From an uncultured Acidobacteriota bacterium (GTDB lineage: Bacteria > Actinomycetota > Acidimicrobiia > Spongiisociales > ZC4RG35): DNA of 64,000 nt. Below, piece after piece: positions 1-10,478 of this stretch; position 1 is the stretch's first letter, and each line of letters begins with the position of its first letter. The notes below the pieces were generated by a model, which was not told where the DNA came from, ran no database searches, and was given only the letters and a program-made list of their open reading frames with translations. The DNA lies in assembly GCA_963828465.1 (NCBI GenBank), contig CAWHEU010000018.1:64001-128000 (forward strand), written 5' to 3'. Position numbers and translations under genes: made by a program.

Positions 1-2308
1 AGGCGACCAGCAGCGATGTTCCGCCGACCTTCGTCGCCCGGCCTGCCAGCTCGACCGCGAGCTCGCCACGTCGTTGGGAGCGCAGAATGTCCAGTTCGCC
101 TTCCAGTGTGTCGATCCGCTCGAGTAGGCCCTCGACTCGCGTCGGAACCTCAGGTCCTGAGACCTTGAGCATCCGGCCTACCCGGTCGAGCCCGGCGCGG
201 AGCTCGACGAGCTGCTGATAGGCCGCCAGGCCGGTGAGGGCTTCGACCCGGCGGAGATTGGACCCGATCGACGACTCCGATGTCACCAGCAACGGCCCGA
301 CCTGCGCCGAGGTATGGGTGTGGGTACCACCGCAGAACTCGGTTGAGAAGCTCCCCACCTGCACAACCCGCACCGTGTCGCCGTATTTGTCGCCGAAGAA
401 GGCCAGAGCACCCATCTCCTCGGCCTCTTCCTTGGTCGTGACCGTCGTCTTCACCCGCTCGTTGTCGATCAGCTTCTCGTTGGCCCGGGCCTCCACCTCG
501 GCCAGCTCCTGGGGGGCGACCTGGGCGAAGTGAGAGAAGTCGAAGCGAAGCCGGCCCGGCTCGACCAGGGAGCCAGCCTGGCTGGCGTGATCGCCGAGCA
601 CGTCACGGAGCGCCCAATGAAGGACATGGGTTCCGGTGTGGCTCTTGCGTATCGCCTCGCGACGAGGGATGTCGATGCTGGCCGTGGCATGCTGACCAAC
701 CGCCAGATAGCCGGATTGGACCCGGACGCGATGACCGTGGAGACCCTGGAGGGCGTGCTTGGTGTCGAGTACGACGGCGGACCCGGTCTCGGTCTCGATG
801 AGCCCGGTGTCCCCGATCTGGCCCCCGGATTCGGCGTAGAAGGGCGTGCGACTGAGGAAGACCTCGACCTGCCTTCCCTCCTCGGCACGCTCGACCGGCT
901 CGCCGTCGGCCACCATCGCCAGGACCTGGCCCTCGGCGGCGTCGGTCTCGTAACCGACGAACTCGGTGAGGCCGGTGACGTCGAGCACCGAGCGGTACAC
1001 CTCCTGAGCGGCGACCTCGTCCCCGCCCTTCCAGGCGGCGCGGGCGCGGCGTCGCTGTTCGGCCATCTCACTCTCGAAACCCTGGGTGTCGACTTCGACC
1101 CCCCGCTCGGCGGCGATCTCCCGGGTGAGCTCGACCGGGAAGCCGAAAGTGTCGTGGAGCTTGAAGACGGTCGCGCCGGATAGCGCCGGAGCATCTTCCC
1201 GGGCCAGCTCGGCGTCGAGCAGCTGATGGCCCGATTCGAGCGTCCGGCGAAAACGCTCCTCCTCCCTGACCACGACCTGATTGATGAAGTCCCGTCTCTC
1301 GACCACTTCGCTGTACCAGTCGCCCATGACTTCGACGGTCGCATCCACCAGCGAGGGGAATACCAGGCCTTCTCCCCCGTACTGCCAGGCATGGCGCACC
1401 GCTCGACGAAGGATCCGCCGGAGCACATACCCCCGGCCGTCGTTCGACGGAACCACGCCGTCCGCGATCAGGAAGGTCACCGCACGGCCATGGTCGGCGA
1501 GGATGCGAAGGGAGACATCGTGCAGCTCGTCCTCGCCGTAAGTGAGCCCGGTGTATGAAGAGGCCGCATCCCGGACGTGAGAGATGGTGTCGATGTCGAA
1601 CACCGATGGCACGCCCTGCAACACCGCCGCCATCCGCTCCAGACCCATCCCGGTGTCGATGCTCTTGGCCGGCAGGTCGCCGATCACGTGATAGGGCTCG
1701 TCCTGGATGTTCTGCATGAAGACGAGATTCCAGACCTCCACGAAGCGGTCCTCGTCCCCGACGGCGGGACCACCGCCTTCGCCGAACTCGGCCCCCTTGT
1801 CGTAGAAGATCTCTGAGCTCGGCCCGCAAGGCCCAGGCACGCCCATCTGCCAGAAATTCTCTTTCTCGTCACGCCGCTGGATCCGCTCGGCCGGGACGAT
1901 CCCGGACCAGATCTCGGCCGCCTCGTCGTCGGTCTCGAACACCGTGTACCAGAGGAGATCGGGGTCGAGCCCGAGCCTTTGGGTGACGAACTCGTACGAC
2001 CAGGCGATCGCGTCTTCCTTGAAGTAGTCACCGAAGCTGAAGTTGCCGGGCATCTCGAAGAAGGAGAGATGGCGCTTCGTGGACCCGATGATGTCGATGT
2101 CGATCGTGCGGACGACCTTCTGGACCGTGGTCGCCCGTTTGTGTGGCGGCGTCTCCTCGCCGAGGAAGTAGGGCTTGAACGGGACCATCCCGGCGTTGGT
2201 GAGGAGCAGGGTGGGATCGTTGGGGATGAGAGACGCGGAGGGGCGCACCACATGCCCTTTTTCCTCGAAGAAGGATGTGAAAGCGGTTCGAATCTGGTTG
2301 CTGTCCAA
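1..2308 (-). CDS. alaS: Alanine--tRNA ligase (3' end runs off window)
   Basis: Manual translation from TTG at 2308: MDSNQIRTAFTSFFEEKGHVVRPSASLIPNDPTLLLTNAGMVPFKPYFLG...; EVWNLVFMQ, IDTGMGLERMA, editing-domain HTGTH and EFCGGTH; absent from ORF track because no stop in window. Confidence 0.97.
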   Translation of the reverse strand, partial: MDSNQIRTAFTSFFEEKGHVVRPSASLIPNDPTLLLTNAGMVPFKPYFLGEETPPHKRATTVQKVVRTIDIDIIGSTKRHLSFFEMPGNFSFGDYFKEDAIAWSYEFVTQRLGLDPDLLWYTVFETDDEAAEIWSGIVPAERIQRRDEKENFWQMGVPGPCGPSSEIFYDKGAEFGEGGGPAVGDEDRFVEVWNLVFMQNIQDEPYHVIGDLPAKSIDTGMGLERMAAVLQGVPSVFDIDTISHVRDAASSYTGLTYGEDELHDVSLRILADHGRAVTFLIADGVVPSNDGRGYVLRRILRRAVRHAWQYGGEGLVFPSLVDATVEVMGDWYSEVVERRDFINQVVVREEERFRRTLESGHQLLDAELAREDAPALSGATVFKLHDTFGFPVELTREIAAERGVEVDTQGFESEMAEQRRRARAAWKGGDEVAAQEVYRSVLDVTGLTEFVGYETDAAEGQVLAMVADGEPVERAEEGRQVEVFLSRTPFYAESGGQIGDTGLIETETGSAVVLDTKHALQGLHGHRVRVQSGYLAVGQHATASIDIPRREAIRKSHTGTHVLHWALRDVLGDHASQAGSLVEPGRLRFDFSHFAQVAPQELAEVEARANEKLIDNERVKTTVTTKEEAEEMGALAFFGDKYGDTVRVVQVGSFSTEFCGGTHTHTSAQVGPLLVTSESSIGSNLRRVEALTGLAAYQQLVELRAGLDRVGRMLKVSGPEVPTRVEGLLERIDTLEGELDILRSQRRGELAVELAGRATKVGGTSLLVA

Positions 2309-2340
2309 AGGATTCCGGTCCTGAAGAGCGAGCGGCGAGG

Positions 2341-2532
2341 TTAACGAGAGACGGAGACCTGCCTGCTCCTATTGGGCCGGACCGCATTGGCGGCCAGGTC
2401 GAGCAGGTCGGCCCCCGTGGCCGCAGCAGCGTCTTTCCACTCGACTGGCGTCGGGCTCCGGCGCAATGCGCGGACCGTGATCCAGCCCCCGACAAGCACC
2501 CCTATGACGAACCACGACATCCGATCGAGCAT
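2341..2532 (-). CDS. Small single-TM hypothetical protein
   Basis: 63 aa, hydrophobic N-terminus (WFVIGVLVGGWITV), co-oriented between rarA and alaS. Confidence 0.6.
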   Translation of the reverse strand: MLDRMSWFVIGVLVGGWITVRALRRSPTPVEWKDAAAATGADLLDLAANAVRPNRSRQVSVSR

Positions 2533-2541
2533 CCCCCGAGG

Positions 2542-3885
2542 CTACCCCTTGCCCCGGCCCTCCCGGCCCAGGATTCGGTCGATCTCGTCGAGCCGGGGCC
2601 GCATGGCTTTCTCGTCACCCTGCTCCCCCGGCTCGAACAGAACCTCGGCAGGCACACCGTCCGGGAAGTATTGCTGAGCGACCACGCCGCCCTCGAAGTC
2701 GTGCGCAGAGCGGTACCCAGAACCGTGACCCAGTTTCTCGGCGCCCGGGTATGCCGCCGACCGGAGATGGGGCGGAACGCTTGCGGACGGGCCATCGATG
2801 ACGAGTTGGCGCGCCTTGGCCATCGCCCGCCCGACGGAGTTCGATTTTGGGGCCGCGGCCAGATAGATCGTCGCCTCGGTCAGGTGGTAGGTCGCCTCGG
2901 GCAGCCCGACGTAGGCGAGGGCGTCGGCGGCCGCCACCGCCAGCGGGAGGGCGTGGGGGTCGGCCAAACCAATGTCCTCCGACGCCAGGATGATGAGTCT
3001 GCGCGCGATGAACTCGGGATCCTCGCCGCCCTCGAGCATGAGGAACAGCCAGTAGAGGGCGGCGTCGGGGTCGGAGCCACGGACGCTCTTTATGAAGGCG
3101 GAGATGACGTCGTAGTGCTGGTCGCCCACCTTGTCGTAACGAACGATCCTTCGCTGCAGGGCCTCTGCCACGTCTGCGATCGAAATCGTTGACCGGTCAT
3201 TGCCTGAGGCGAGGAGCGCCGCTACTTCCAGCGAGTTGAGTGCCTGTCTCCCATCACCCCCGGTGCGGTTGCCCAGCTCTTCGAGCGCATCCGTGTCGAT
3301 GTCCAGGCCCATCTCTCCCAGGCCACGCTCGCTGTCGATGAGGGCTCGCTGAATCAGGTCGGCCAGCTCCTCCGGTCGCAAGGACTCGAGCCGGAACAGG
3401 GTCATCCTGCTCATCAGAGGTGAGTTGACCTCGAAGAACGGGTTCTCGGTCGTTGCCCCGATCAGGATCAATGTCCCGTCCTCGACACCGGGAAGGAGAG
3501 CGTCCTGTTGGTTCTTGGCGAACCGATGGATCTCGTCGAGGAAGAGGACCGTCCGCCGCTCATCTGTCGCCAGGCGGCTCTTGGCCCCCGCCAGCACCTC
3601 ACGGATGTCCTTCACCCCGGCAGAGGTCGCCGAGAGAGTCTCGAAGGCGGCTTCCGCCCTGGATGCGACCAGACGGGCCAGAGTGGTCTTACCCGTCCCC
3701 GGCGGGCCCCAGAGCAACATCGACACCGGCCGTCCCGACTCCACCAGACGGCGGAATGCCGCGTCGGGTGCCATCAGCGCCGGTTGGCCGACGACCTCGT
3801 CGAGAGAGCCGGGCCTCATCCTGGTGGCCAGCGGGGCGGCCCGCGATGTCAGCTCGTCTGCTCGAGCCGAGAACAGGTCACTCAC
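2542..3885 (-). CDS. rarA: Replication-associated recombination protein A (MgsA/RarA AAA+ ATPase)
   Basis: PLATRMRP, GPPGTGKTT, DEIHRF, GATTENP, ISAFIKSVRGSDPDAA. Confidence 0.95.
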   Translation of the reverse strand: MSDLFSARADELTSRAAPLATRMRPGSLDEVVGQPALMAPDAAFRRLVESGRPVSMLLWGPPGTGKTTLARLVASRAEAAFETLSATSAGVKDIREVLAGAKSRLATDERRTVLFLDEIHRFAKNQQDALLPGVEDGTLILIGATTENPFFEVNSPLMSRMTLFRLESLRPEELADLIQRALIDSERGLGEMGLDIDTDALEELGNRTGGDGRQALNSLEVAALLASGNDRSTISIADVAEALQRRIVRYDKVGDQHYDVISAFIKSVRGSDPDAALYWLFLMLEGGEDPEFIARRLIILASEDIGLADPHALPLAVAAADALAYVGLPEATYHLTEATIYLAAAPKSNSVGRAMAKARQLVIDGPSASVPPHLRSAAYPGAEKLGHGSGYRSAHDFEGGVVAQQYFPDGVPAEVLFEPGEQGDEKAMRPRLDEIDRILGREGRGKG

Positions 3886-5641
3886 CCGGATCGTCCGGCA
3901 GCTCCTGGCGGGCCAGGGCCGACTCGGTGAGGGCGACGCCGAGTTCCTCCAGCTGCGTCTCCTCGACCCAGGTCGGGGCGCCTGTCATGGGGTCGACGCC
4001 GCTCTGCGTCTTGGGGAACGGGATCACCTCGCGGATCGAGGTCTCGCCCTGGAGGACCATCACGAGGCGGTCGATGCCGAAGGCGAACCCGGCATGGGGC
4101 GGCGTGCCGTATCTCAGCGCCTCGAGGAACCATCCGAAGCGCCGGTCGGCGGTCTCCGGTTCGATTCCCAGGATGTCGAACACCTGACGCTGCACGTCCG
4201 GGTCGTGGATCCGGACCGAGCCGGAGCCGAGCTCGACTCCGTTGAGCACCGCGTCATAGGCCTTGGATATCGCCTCAGTCGGATTGTCCCGCATCTCGTC
4301 CAGCGAGGCAGGCGACGTGAACGGGTGATGAGAGAAGGTGATTGTGCCGTCTTCCTCCTCCTCGAACAACGGAAAGTCGATCACCCATAGGAAGGCCAGG
4401 TCCTCGTGGTCAGAGGGTCGGAGAAGGTCGTTGCGAAGCGCCCCGAGGACCTCGACTGCCGGGTTCCATCGGTCGGCAGCTATCAGCAGGACATCACCGG
4501 GTTTGGCATCCAGGGCGTCTCGAATCCCGGTCAGCTCGTTGTCATCGAGGAACTTCGCCACCGGGGAGCGCAGCGATCCGTCCTCCTCGACGACCATCCA
4601 CACCAAACCCTTGGCTCCGAGCTCCTTGGCCCGCTCGGTGAGCGAGTCGGCACGGCTCCGGGGCCAGTCCTGGGACCCGACATTGATGCCCCGGATGGTC
4701 CCTCCGCTTGCCAGCGTGTCGCTGAAGACACCGAATCCGCTCTTGCCGAACAGGTCAGACAGGTCGACGATCTCGGCGCCAAACCTCAGGTCTGGTTTGT
4801 CCGTGCCGAACCGGTCCATGCTCTCCTGCCATGTGAGACGGGGGAAGGGACGGGTCACATCTATCCCGCGCAACTCCTTCGCCACGGCGACCAGAACGCT
4901 CTCGATCGTGTCGAGGACGTCGTCGCGGTCCCAGAACGACCCTTCCAGGTCCAGCTGGGTGAATTCGAGCTGACGGTCAGCTCTGAAGTCCTCGTCCCGG
5001 TAGCAGCGGGCGATCTGGAAATACCGCTCGACCCCGGCGACCATCAGCAATTGCTTGAAGAGCTGGGGTGACTGGGGCAGGGCGTAGAACTCTCCCTTGC
5101 GCAGCCTGGAGGGCACCAGCATGTCCCGAGCCCCCTCGGGGGTGCTGTTGACGAGCGTCGGCGTCTCGACCTCGAGGAACCCTTGCTCGTCGAGAGTGCG
5201 GCGTATCGCCGCGGTCGCCCGCGAACGCGCTCTCAGGTTTGCCCCCATCCGCGGCCGGCGTAGATCCAGGTAGCGGTAACGGAGCCGGGCACGCTCGTCG
5301 ATCTCGACCCTGTCATCGATCATGAACGGCAAGGTGTCCGCAGGTGAGAGCACAGCGAGCTCCCCCACCCCCATCTCTACCCCACCAGTCGGCAGATCGG
5401 GGTTCTCGGTGCCCTCTGGGCGGGCCCTGATCACACCGGTCACCGAGATGCAATATTCCATCTTCAAATCGGTGACTTCCTCATGCTCAGCAGGGTCGGC
5501 CACCACCTGGATCACGCCCGAGGCGTCGCGGACATCGATGAAGGCGATCCCGCCGTGGTCGCGGCGACGTTGGACCCATCCCGAGACCGTCACTGTCGTT
5601 CCGATGTCTGATGCTCGCAGAGACCCGGCCGGGCTGCGCAT
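3878..5641 (-). CDS. aspS: Aspartate--tRNA ligase, probably non-discriminating (Asp/Asn)
   Basis: RRDHGG, YALPQSPQLFKQ, PPHAGFAFGIDR; ATG at 5641 overlaps hisS stop (TGATG); His in RDHGG and Gly in RPEG match ND-type residues. Confidence 0.96.
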   Translation of the reverse strand: MRSPAGSLRASDIGTTVTVSGWVQRRRDHGGIAFIDVRDASGVIQVVADPAEHEEVTDLKMEYCISVTGVIRARPEGTENPDLPTGGVEMGVGELAVLSPADTLPFMIDDRVEIDERARLRYRYLDLRRPRMGANLRARSRATAAIRRTLDEQGFLEVETPTLVNSTPEGARDMLVPSRLRKGEFYALPQSPQLFKQLLMVAGVERYFQIARCYRDEDFRADRQLEFTQLDLEGSFWDRDDVLDTIESVLVAVAKELRGIDVTRPFPRLTWQESMDRFGTDKPDLRFGAEIVDLSDLFGKSGFGVFSDTLASGGTIRGINVGSQDWPRSRADSLTERAKELGAKGLVWMVVEEDGSLRSPVAKFLDDNELTGIRDALDAKPGDVLLIAADRWNPAVEVLGALRNDLLRPSDHEDLAFLWVIDFPLFEEEEDGTITFSHHPFTSPASLDEMRDNPTEAISKAYDAVLNGVELGSGSVRIHDPDVQRQVFDILGIEPETADRRFGWFLEALRYGTPPHAGFAFGIDRLVMVLQGETSIREVIPFPKTQSGVDPMTGAPTWVEETQLEELGVALTESALARQELPDDPGE

Positions 5642-6852
5642 CACAGCCGTCCCTCGAGCCATTCCGCCACGGAGCCGAGTGGCATTCCAGACCTCTCGTC
5701 ACCGATCCGCACATCGACGTCATCGCCGGCCGCGGGCAAGACCACCACTGCTCGTGCCCCGAGGCGGCTCGCGGCTCTGAACTGTGCGTCGACCTTGCGC
5801 CCTTCGGTGTCCATCTCGACCCGGAGGCCTTCGCGTCGCAACGCCGACGCGGCGATCAGCGCCTCGATCGGCCCCGACTCGGAGACGAGGTACACGTCGA
5901 TCCTCCCGGCGGCCTCCCTGGTCGAGGCGAGGACGATGCGGTCGACACCCAGGGCGAAACCGACACCCGGGGCCGGTCTCCCCCCGATCGACTCGGCAAG
6001 ACCGTCATATCGGCCGCCACCACCGACGGCGTTCTGAGCTGCCTCGAGATCAGTGGCCACATACTCGAACGCCGTCCGGGTGTAGTAGTCGAGACCCCGG
6101 ACCAGGCGCGCGTCCTCCACGAAGGGCACGTCGAGGGCCTCCAGCGATTTCTTCACCTGTGAGTAGTGATCGGCACACGGCTCGCAGAGATGGTCCTTCA
6201 TCGAGGGAGCGTCGGCCAGGACAGGTGCGCACACCCGGCAGTCGAGGACCCGGAGTGGGTTGACGTCGACGATCGATAGGGAGTCGTCGCACAGGACTTC
6301 GCGTTTCGTGTCGAGGTATCCACGGAGTGTCTCCACATATCCTGGCCGGCACACGGCGTCACCGAGGGAGTTGAGCACGACGTCCAGGCCCGGTACCTCG
6401 ACTGCGGTCAGGAACCGATAGCCGAGCTCGACCACCTCGGCGTCCGCCGCCGGGCCCTCCACGTCGAGATACTCCACGCCGACCTGCCAGAACTGCCGTC
6501 GACGCCCGGCCTGTGGCCGCTCGTGGCGGAACATCGGCCCTGAGTAGGAGCCCTTCCAGGGGCCCTTCGCCCCGCTGTCGAGAAATGCCCTGACCACACC
6601 GGCTGTGCCCTCGGGTCGAAGCGTCAACGAGCGGCCTCCTCGGTCGGTGAAGGTGTACATCTGCTTGGTGACCACCTCGGTATCGCTCCCGACTCCCCTC
6701 TCGAACAGGTCGGTGGCTTCGAAGATCGGCGTCGACACCAGCGGGTAACTGAACAGATCGGCCCACCGCTCCCACTCCCCCAGCACGTCACGCCAGAGAT
6801 TCGATTCGGGCGCGCCGATGTCATCGGTGCCCTTGGGTGGCCGGAAGCTCAT
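5641..6852 (-). CDS. hisS: Histidine--tRNA ligase
   Basis: MSFRPPKGTDD, LTLRPEGTAGVVRA, FRHERPQAGR, LVRGLDYYT, GGGGRYDGL; start trimmed to ATG 6852. Confidence 0.96.
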   Translation of the reverse strand: MSFRPPKGTDDIGAPESNLWRDVLGEWERWADLFSYPLVSTPIFEATDLFERGVGSDTEVVTKQMYTFTDRGGRSLTLRPEGTAGVVRAFLDSGAKGPWKGSYSGPMFRHERPQAGRRRQFWQVGVEYLDVEGPAADAEVVELGYRFLTAVEVPGLDVVLNSLGDAVCRPGYVETLRGYLDTKREVLCDDSLSIVDVNPLRVLDCRVCAPVLADAPSMKDHLCEPCADHYSQVKKSLEALDVPFVEDARLVRGLDYYTRTAFEYVATDLEAAQNAVGGGGRYDGLAESIGGRPAPGVGFALGVDRIVLASTREAAGRIDVYLVSESGPIEALIAASALRREGLRVEMDTEGRKVDAQFRAASRLGARAVVVLPAAGDDVDVRIGDERSGMPLGSVAEWLEGRL

Positions 6853-6865
6853 GAGTTCAGGCAGG

Positions 6866-7144
6866 TTAATTGTGGTCCGGCACCCAACGTGCCGACGGCG
6901 ACGGTTGATCACCGAGCGGCGGAACGGCCATTTCGGTTCCGTCGAGAAACAGGTCGACATCGAGAAAGCCGTCGCCTTCCCTGACCGTCGCCACGCGCAG
7001 TCGCGCATTCGGCTTCGATATCCAGGCGGCGCGGTTGCGGAGTCGAATCTCGGTGGCGCGATGATCGCGGGTCAGGACCCGGATACGCGCTCGTCCCGTT
7101 TGAGCCAGTCGTCTCAGTGCGACATCGATCGCGTTCGGCCGCAT
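6866..7144 (-). CDS. Hypothetical basic protein (92 aa)
   Basis: Fills the gap between MBL gene and hisS on the operon strand; preceded by TATGCT-N7-ATG leaderless-type promoter. Confidence 0.55.
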   Translation of the reverse strand: MRPNAIDVALRRLAQTGRARIRVLTRDHRATEIRLRNRAAWISKPNARLRVATVREGDGFLDVDLFLDGTEMAVPPLGDQPSPSARWVPDHN

Positions 7145-7161
7145 CTACGGGAGCATACGGT

Positions 7162-7800
7162 TCATTGCAGGAACGGGTTGCCCGTCCTTTCCCGGCCGAT
7201 GGTGGTCTCCGGACCGTGGCCCGGGAGCACTCTGGTGTCGTCCGGGAGCACCATTACCTTCTTTTCCATCGAGGTCATGAGCGCAGCCAGCGAGCCATAC
7301 GGGAAGTCGGTCCGTCCGATCGACCCGGCGAACAACTGGTCCCCAGAGAAGAGCGTCTCCTCCTGCTCGAGGTAGAAGCAGCAATGCCCCGGCGTGTGAC
7401 CGGGGGTGTGTCGCACTTCGAACTCGAGACCCGCCAGTCCAATTCGATCCCCATCGCCGAGGGATTCGAATTTCTCGGGGACGTCGTAGACGCCGGGAGG
7501 GGTCATCCCGAACATCGCCTGCAACTGCTCCACCGGGTGCAAGGTAAGGAAATCGTCGTCGGGATGGACATAGACACTGGCGCCGGTCGCCCGGGCCAGC
7601 TCACCGCTGCTGCCGGTGTGGTCGATGTGACCGTGGGTGAGAATCACCGCCGACAGAGTCAGATCGTGCTGGATCAAGACGGCTCCGATGGCGTCAGGAT
7701 CCGGCGGGGCGTCGATCACGACAGCCAGGCCACCGCTCTCTTCAGCGAGGATGTACGCGTTGGTTTCGGCAAGCCAGGCCGGAACCCGGACCGTCAGCAT
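7162..7800 (-). CDS. MBL-fold metallo-hydrolase (glyoxalase II-like)
   Basis: THGHIDH, HTPGHTPGH, FSGDQLFAGSIGRTDFP, PGHG. Confidence 0.92.
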   Translation of the reverse strand: MLTVRVPAWLAETNAYILAEESGGLAVVIDAPPDPDAIGAVLIQHDLTLSAVILTHGHIDHTGSSGELARATGASVYVHPDDDFLTLHPVEQLQAMFGMTPPGVYDVPEKFESLGDGDRIGLAGLEFEVRHTPGHTPGHCCFYLEQEETLFSGDQLFAGSIGRTDFPYGSLAALMTSMEKKVMVLPDDTRVLPGHGPETTIGRERTGNPFLQ

Positions 7801-9962
7801 CAGGGGGAGGGATCGGTGGCAAGCCGGAACGAAGAGAACACGCCGTCTACCCCACGCAGGTCGGCGAGGAGCTTGGGTAGTTGGCTCGGGTCGGAGAGCT
7901 CCACCTCATAACGCAGAATCGCCACCCGATCATCGCCGGTGTGAGTCGAGGAGGCAGTGATGTTCCCTCCCGTGTCGCTGACGACGCTGGTCACGTCCCT
8001 GAGCAGACGGGTTCGGTCGAGGGCCTCGACCTGGATCCACACCACAAAAGCCGATGTGCTCTGAGGTGGCCACGACACCTCGACAGTCCGCTCACGTCGC
8101 TCGGCCAGAGATGAGACGTTGGTGCAGTCGGCCCGGTGCACGGATACGCCGCGGCCCACGGTCACGTAACCCACGATCGGGTCGCCGGGTACCGGTGAGC
8201 AACAACGGGCGAGGTGGATGAGCATGTCGTCCTGGCCCTCGACCACGACTTCGGCGGTATCCAACGAGCGTCTCCGGCGAGGCTGAAAGAAGTCGTCCTC
8301 CGTCTCCGGGCTGCGCAGCCTCGAGAGACGGGTCGCCACCGAGTCGATCGAGACCGTCCCTTCGCCGATGGCGACCTGAAGGGCTTCAAGATCCTTCTGA
8401 CCCAGCTCGGCGATGATCGATTCGAGCAAGGTCTCCTTCTCGGAAGCAGAGATTCCGGGCGCCTCGCGCTTCAACAGGGCCTGCAGGGACTCCTTTCCCT
8501 CGGAGAGGGCATGATCACGACGCTCCTTGGTGAACCACTGCCTGATCTTGGACTTGGCCCGACCGGTGCTCACGAAGGCGAGCCAGTCGCGGCTCGGCCC
8601 GGCCTCCATGGACTTCGATGTCAGCACTTCGATGATGTCACCCGATTGGAGACGGGTGGAAAGGGGGACGAGTCGGCCGTTGATCTTTGCTCCGACGCAC
8701 CGATGGCCGACCTCGGTATGGACCGAATATGCGAAATCGATCGCCGTGGATCCGGCTGGCAGTGGCTTGACGTCGCCGCCGGGAGTCAGGACGAACACCT
8801 CGTCCTGATACAGGTCCAGTTTGAGGTTGGCCAGGAACTCCTCGGGGTCCTCCTCCTCGCCCCAGGAGAGGAAATCCATGCGCGGCAGCTGTCCGGCCTC
8901 ACCCTCCTTGTACCGCCAGTGCGCCGCGATGCCTGCCTCCGCCCTCTGGTGCATCTCCTCGGTGCGGATCTGGACTTCGAGCGGCTTGCCGTCAGGGCCT
9001 ATCACCGTGGTGTGGAGCGACTGGTAGAGATTGATCTTGGGCATGGCGATGTAATCCTTGAAGCGCCCGGTCACCGGAACCCAATGACTGTGGATGAGTC
9101 CCAGCGCCGCATAACAATCCCGCATCGACTCGGTGATGATTCGAATGCCGATCAGGTCGTGGATGTCCTCGAATGGCCGGTTCTGCTCTCGCATCTTGCG
9201 GTATATCGAGTACTGGTGTTTCGGCCGGCCGGTCACCTCGGCCTCGATGCCGGAATCGGCGAGGATGCCTGATATCTCGTCGACCATCTTCTCGATGAAC
9301 GCCTCACGCTCCGGCGCCCGCTCAGCCAGTTTGGCCTGGATCTCGGTGTTGGGCCCCGGATAGAGGATTGCGAAGCATCGATCCTCGAACTCGTGCTTGA
9401 TCTCCTGGACACCGAGACGATGGGCCAGCGGGGCATACACATCGAGGGTCTCCTGGGCGACCCGACGCTGCTTTTCCTCCCGCAGGGCGTGGACGGTCCT
9501 GAGGTTGTGAAGACGGTCGAACAGCTTGATGATCAGGACCCGGACGTCCTGGGCCATGGCCACCACCATCTTGCGGATGGTCGCTGCCTGGGCCTGCTCC
9601 CGGTTCGAGTAGCGGACCCGGTCGAGCTTGGTCACGCCATCGATGAGACGCCCGATCTCGTCGCCGAATTGCATGGACAGGTCGCTCAGCGTGAGGTTCG
9701 TGTCCTCCACCGTGTCATGGAGCAGGGCGGCGGCCAGGGTCTGCTCGTCGAGCCCGTAGCCGGCCAGCATGTGGGCAACGGCCAGCGGATGGGTGATGTA
9801 TGGGTCGCCCGTCTTTCGCACCTGGCCCGCATGAGCCTCTGCCGCCACCTCGTGGGCCCGGCGCAACAACTCGACATCGCCATCGGGATGATGGGCGACG
9901 AAAACCTCGGCGACGTCCTCGAATGTCGCCTGACTCGACTCAGTCGTACTTGACGAGGGCAT
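7800..9962 (-). CDS. relA: Bifunctional (p)ppGpp synthetase/hydrolase Rel
   Basis: HD domain (PYITHP, LLHDTVED), RFKDYIAMPK, YQSLHT, EVQIRT, TGS and ACT domains; exact start uncertain. Confidence 0.95.
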   Translation of the reverse strand: MPSSSTTESSQATFEDVAEVFVAHHPDGDVELLRRAHEVAAEAHAGQVRKTGDPYITHPLAVAHMLAGYGLDEQTLAAALLHDTVEDTNLTLSDLSMQFGDEIGRLIDGVTKLDRVRYSNREQAQAATIRKMVVAMAQDVRVLIIKLFDRLHNLRTVHALREEKQRRVAQETLDVYAPLAHRLGVQEIKHEFEDRCFAILYPGPNTEIQAKLAERAPEREAFIEKMVDEISGILADSGIEAEVTGRPKHQYSIYRKMREQNRPFEDIHDLIGIRIITESMRDCYAALGLIHSHWVPVTGRFKDYIAMPKINLYQSLHTTVIGPDGKPLEVQIRTEEMHQRAEAGIAAHWRYKEGEAGQLPRMDFLSWGEEEDPEEFLANLKLDLYQDEVFVLTPGGDVKPLPAGSTAIDFAYSVHTEVGHRCVGAKINGRLVPLSTRLQSGDIIEVLTSKSMEAGPSRDWLAFVSTGRAKSKIRQWFTKERRDHALSEGKESLQALLKREAPGISASEKETLLESIIAELGQKDLEALQVAIGEGTVSIDSVATRLSRLRSPETEDDFFQPRRRRSLDTAEVVVEGQDDMLIHLARCCSPVPGDPIVGYVTVGRGVSVHRADCTNVSSLAERRERTVEVSWPPQSTSAFVVWIQVEALDRTRLLRDVTSVVSDTGGNITASSTHTGDDRVAILRYEVELSDPSQLPKLLADLRGVDGVFSSFRLATDPSP

Positions 9963-10458
9963 GCAGGGGTACACCGTCCAGCATCTGGGCGCCGTTGAGG
10001 AAGGACAACTCGATGAAGACCGCGAACCCGACGACATCGGCGCCGATCTTCTTCAACAACCGAATTGCGGCGGCGGCTGTTCCGCCGGTGGCGATCACGT
10101 CGTCGACGAGGAGGACCTTCTCCCCCGGCTGAGCAGCGTCAGTGTGGATCTCGAGGGAATCCGTGCCATATTCCAGTGAGTAGTCCTCCCGGACCGTCTC
10201 ATAGGGCAGCTTTCCCGGCTTCCGAACCGGTATGAACCCTGCCCCGAGGAGACGGGCCACCGGGGTCGCCAGAGTGAAGCCCCTCGCCTCGATCCCCGCG
10301 ACCTTTGTCACCCCAGAGTCACGGAAAGGCTCAGCCATAGCCTCGACGAGAGTGGTGAAGGCAGCCGGATCTGCGAGGACCGGCGTGATGTCTTTGAAGA
10401 CGATCCCTGGCTCGGGGAAGTCGGGGATGTCGCGGATGAGCGCGCTGAGGTTGTCCAC
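9940..10458 (-). CDS. apt: Adenine phosphoribosyltransferase
   Basis: IPDFPEPGIVFKDIT, GIEARGF, RKPGKLP, LVDDVIATGGT. Confidence 0.96.
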   Translation of the reverse strand: MDNLSALIRDIPDFPEPGIVFKDITPVLADPAAFTTLVEAMAEPFRDSGVTKVAGIEARGFTLATPVARLLGAGFIPVRKPGKLPYETVREDYSLEYGTDSLEIHTDAAQPGEKVLLVDDVIATGGTAAAAIRLLKKIGADVVGFAVFIELSFLNGAQMLDGVPLHALVKYD

Positions 10459-10478
10459 CCGGGAAGTCTACGGCCGGA

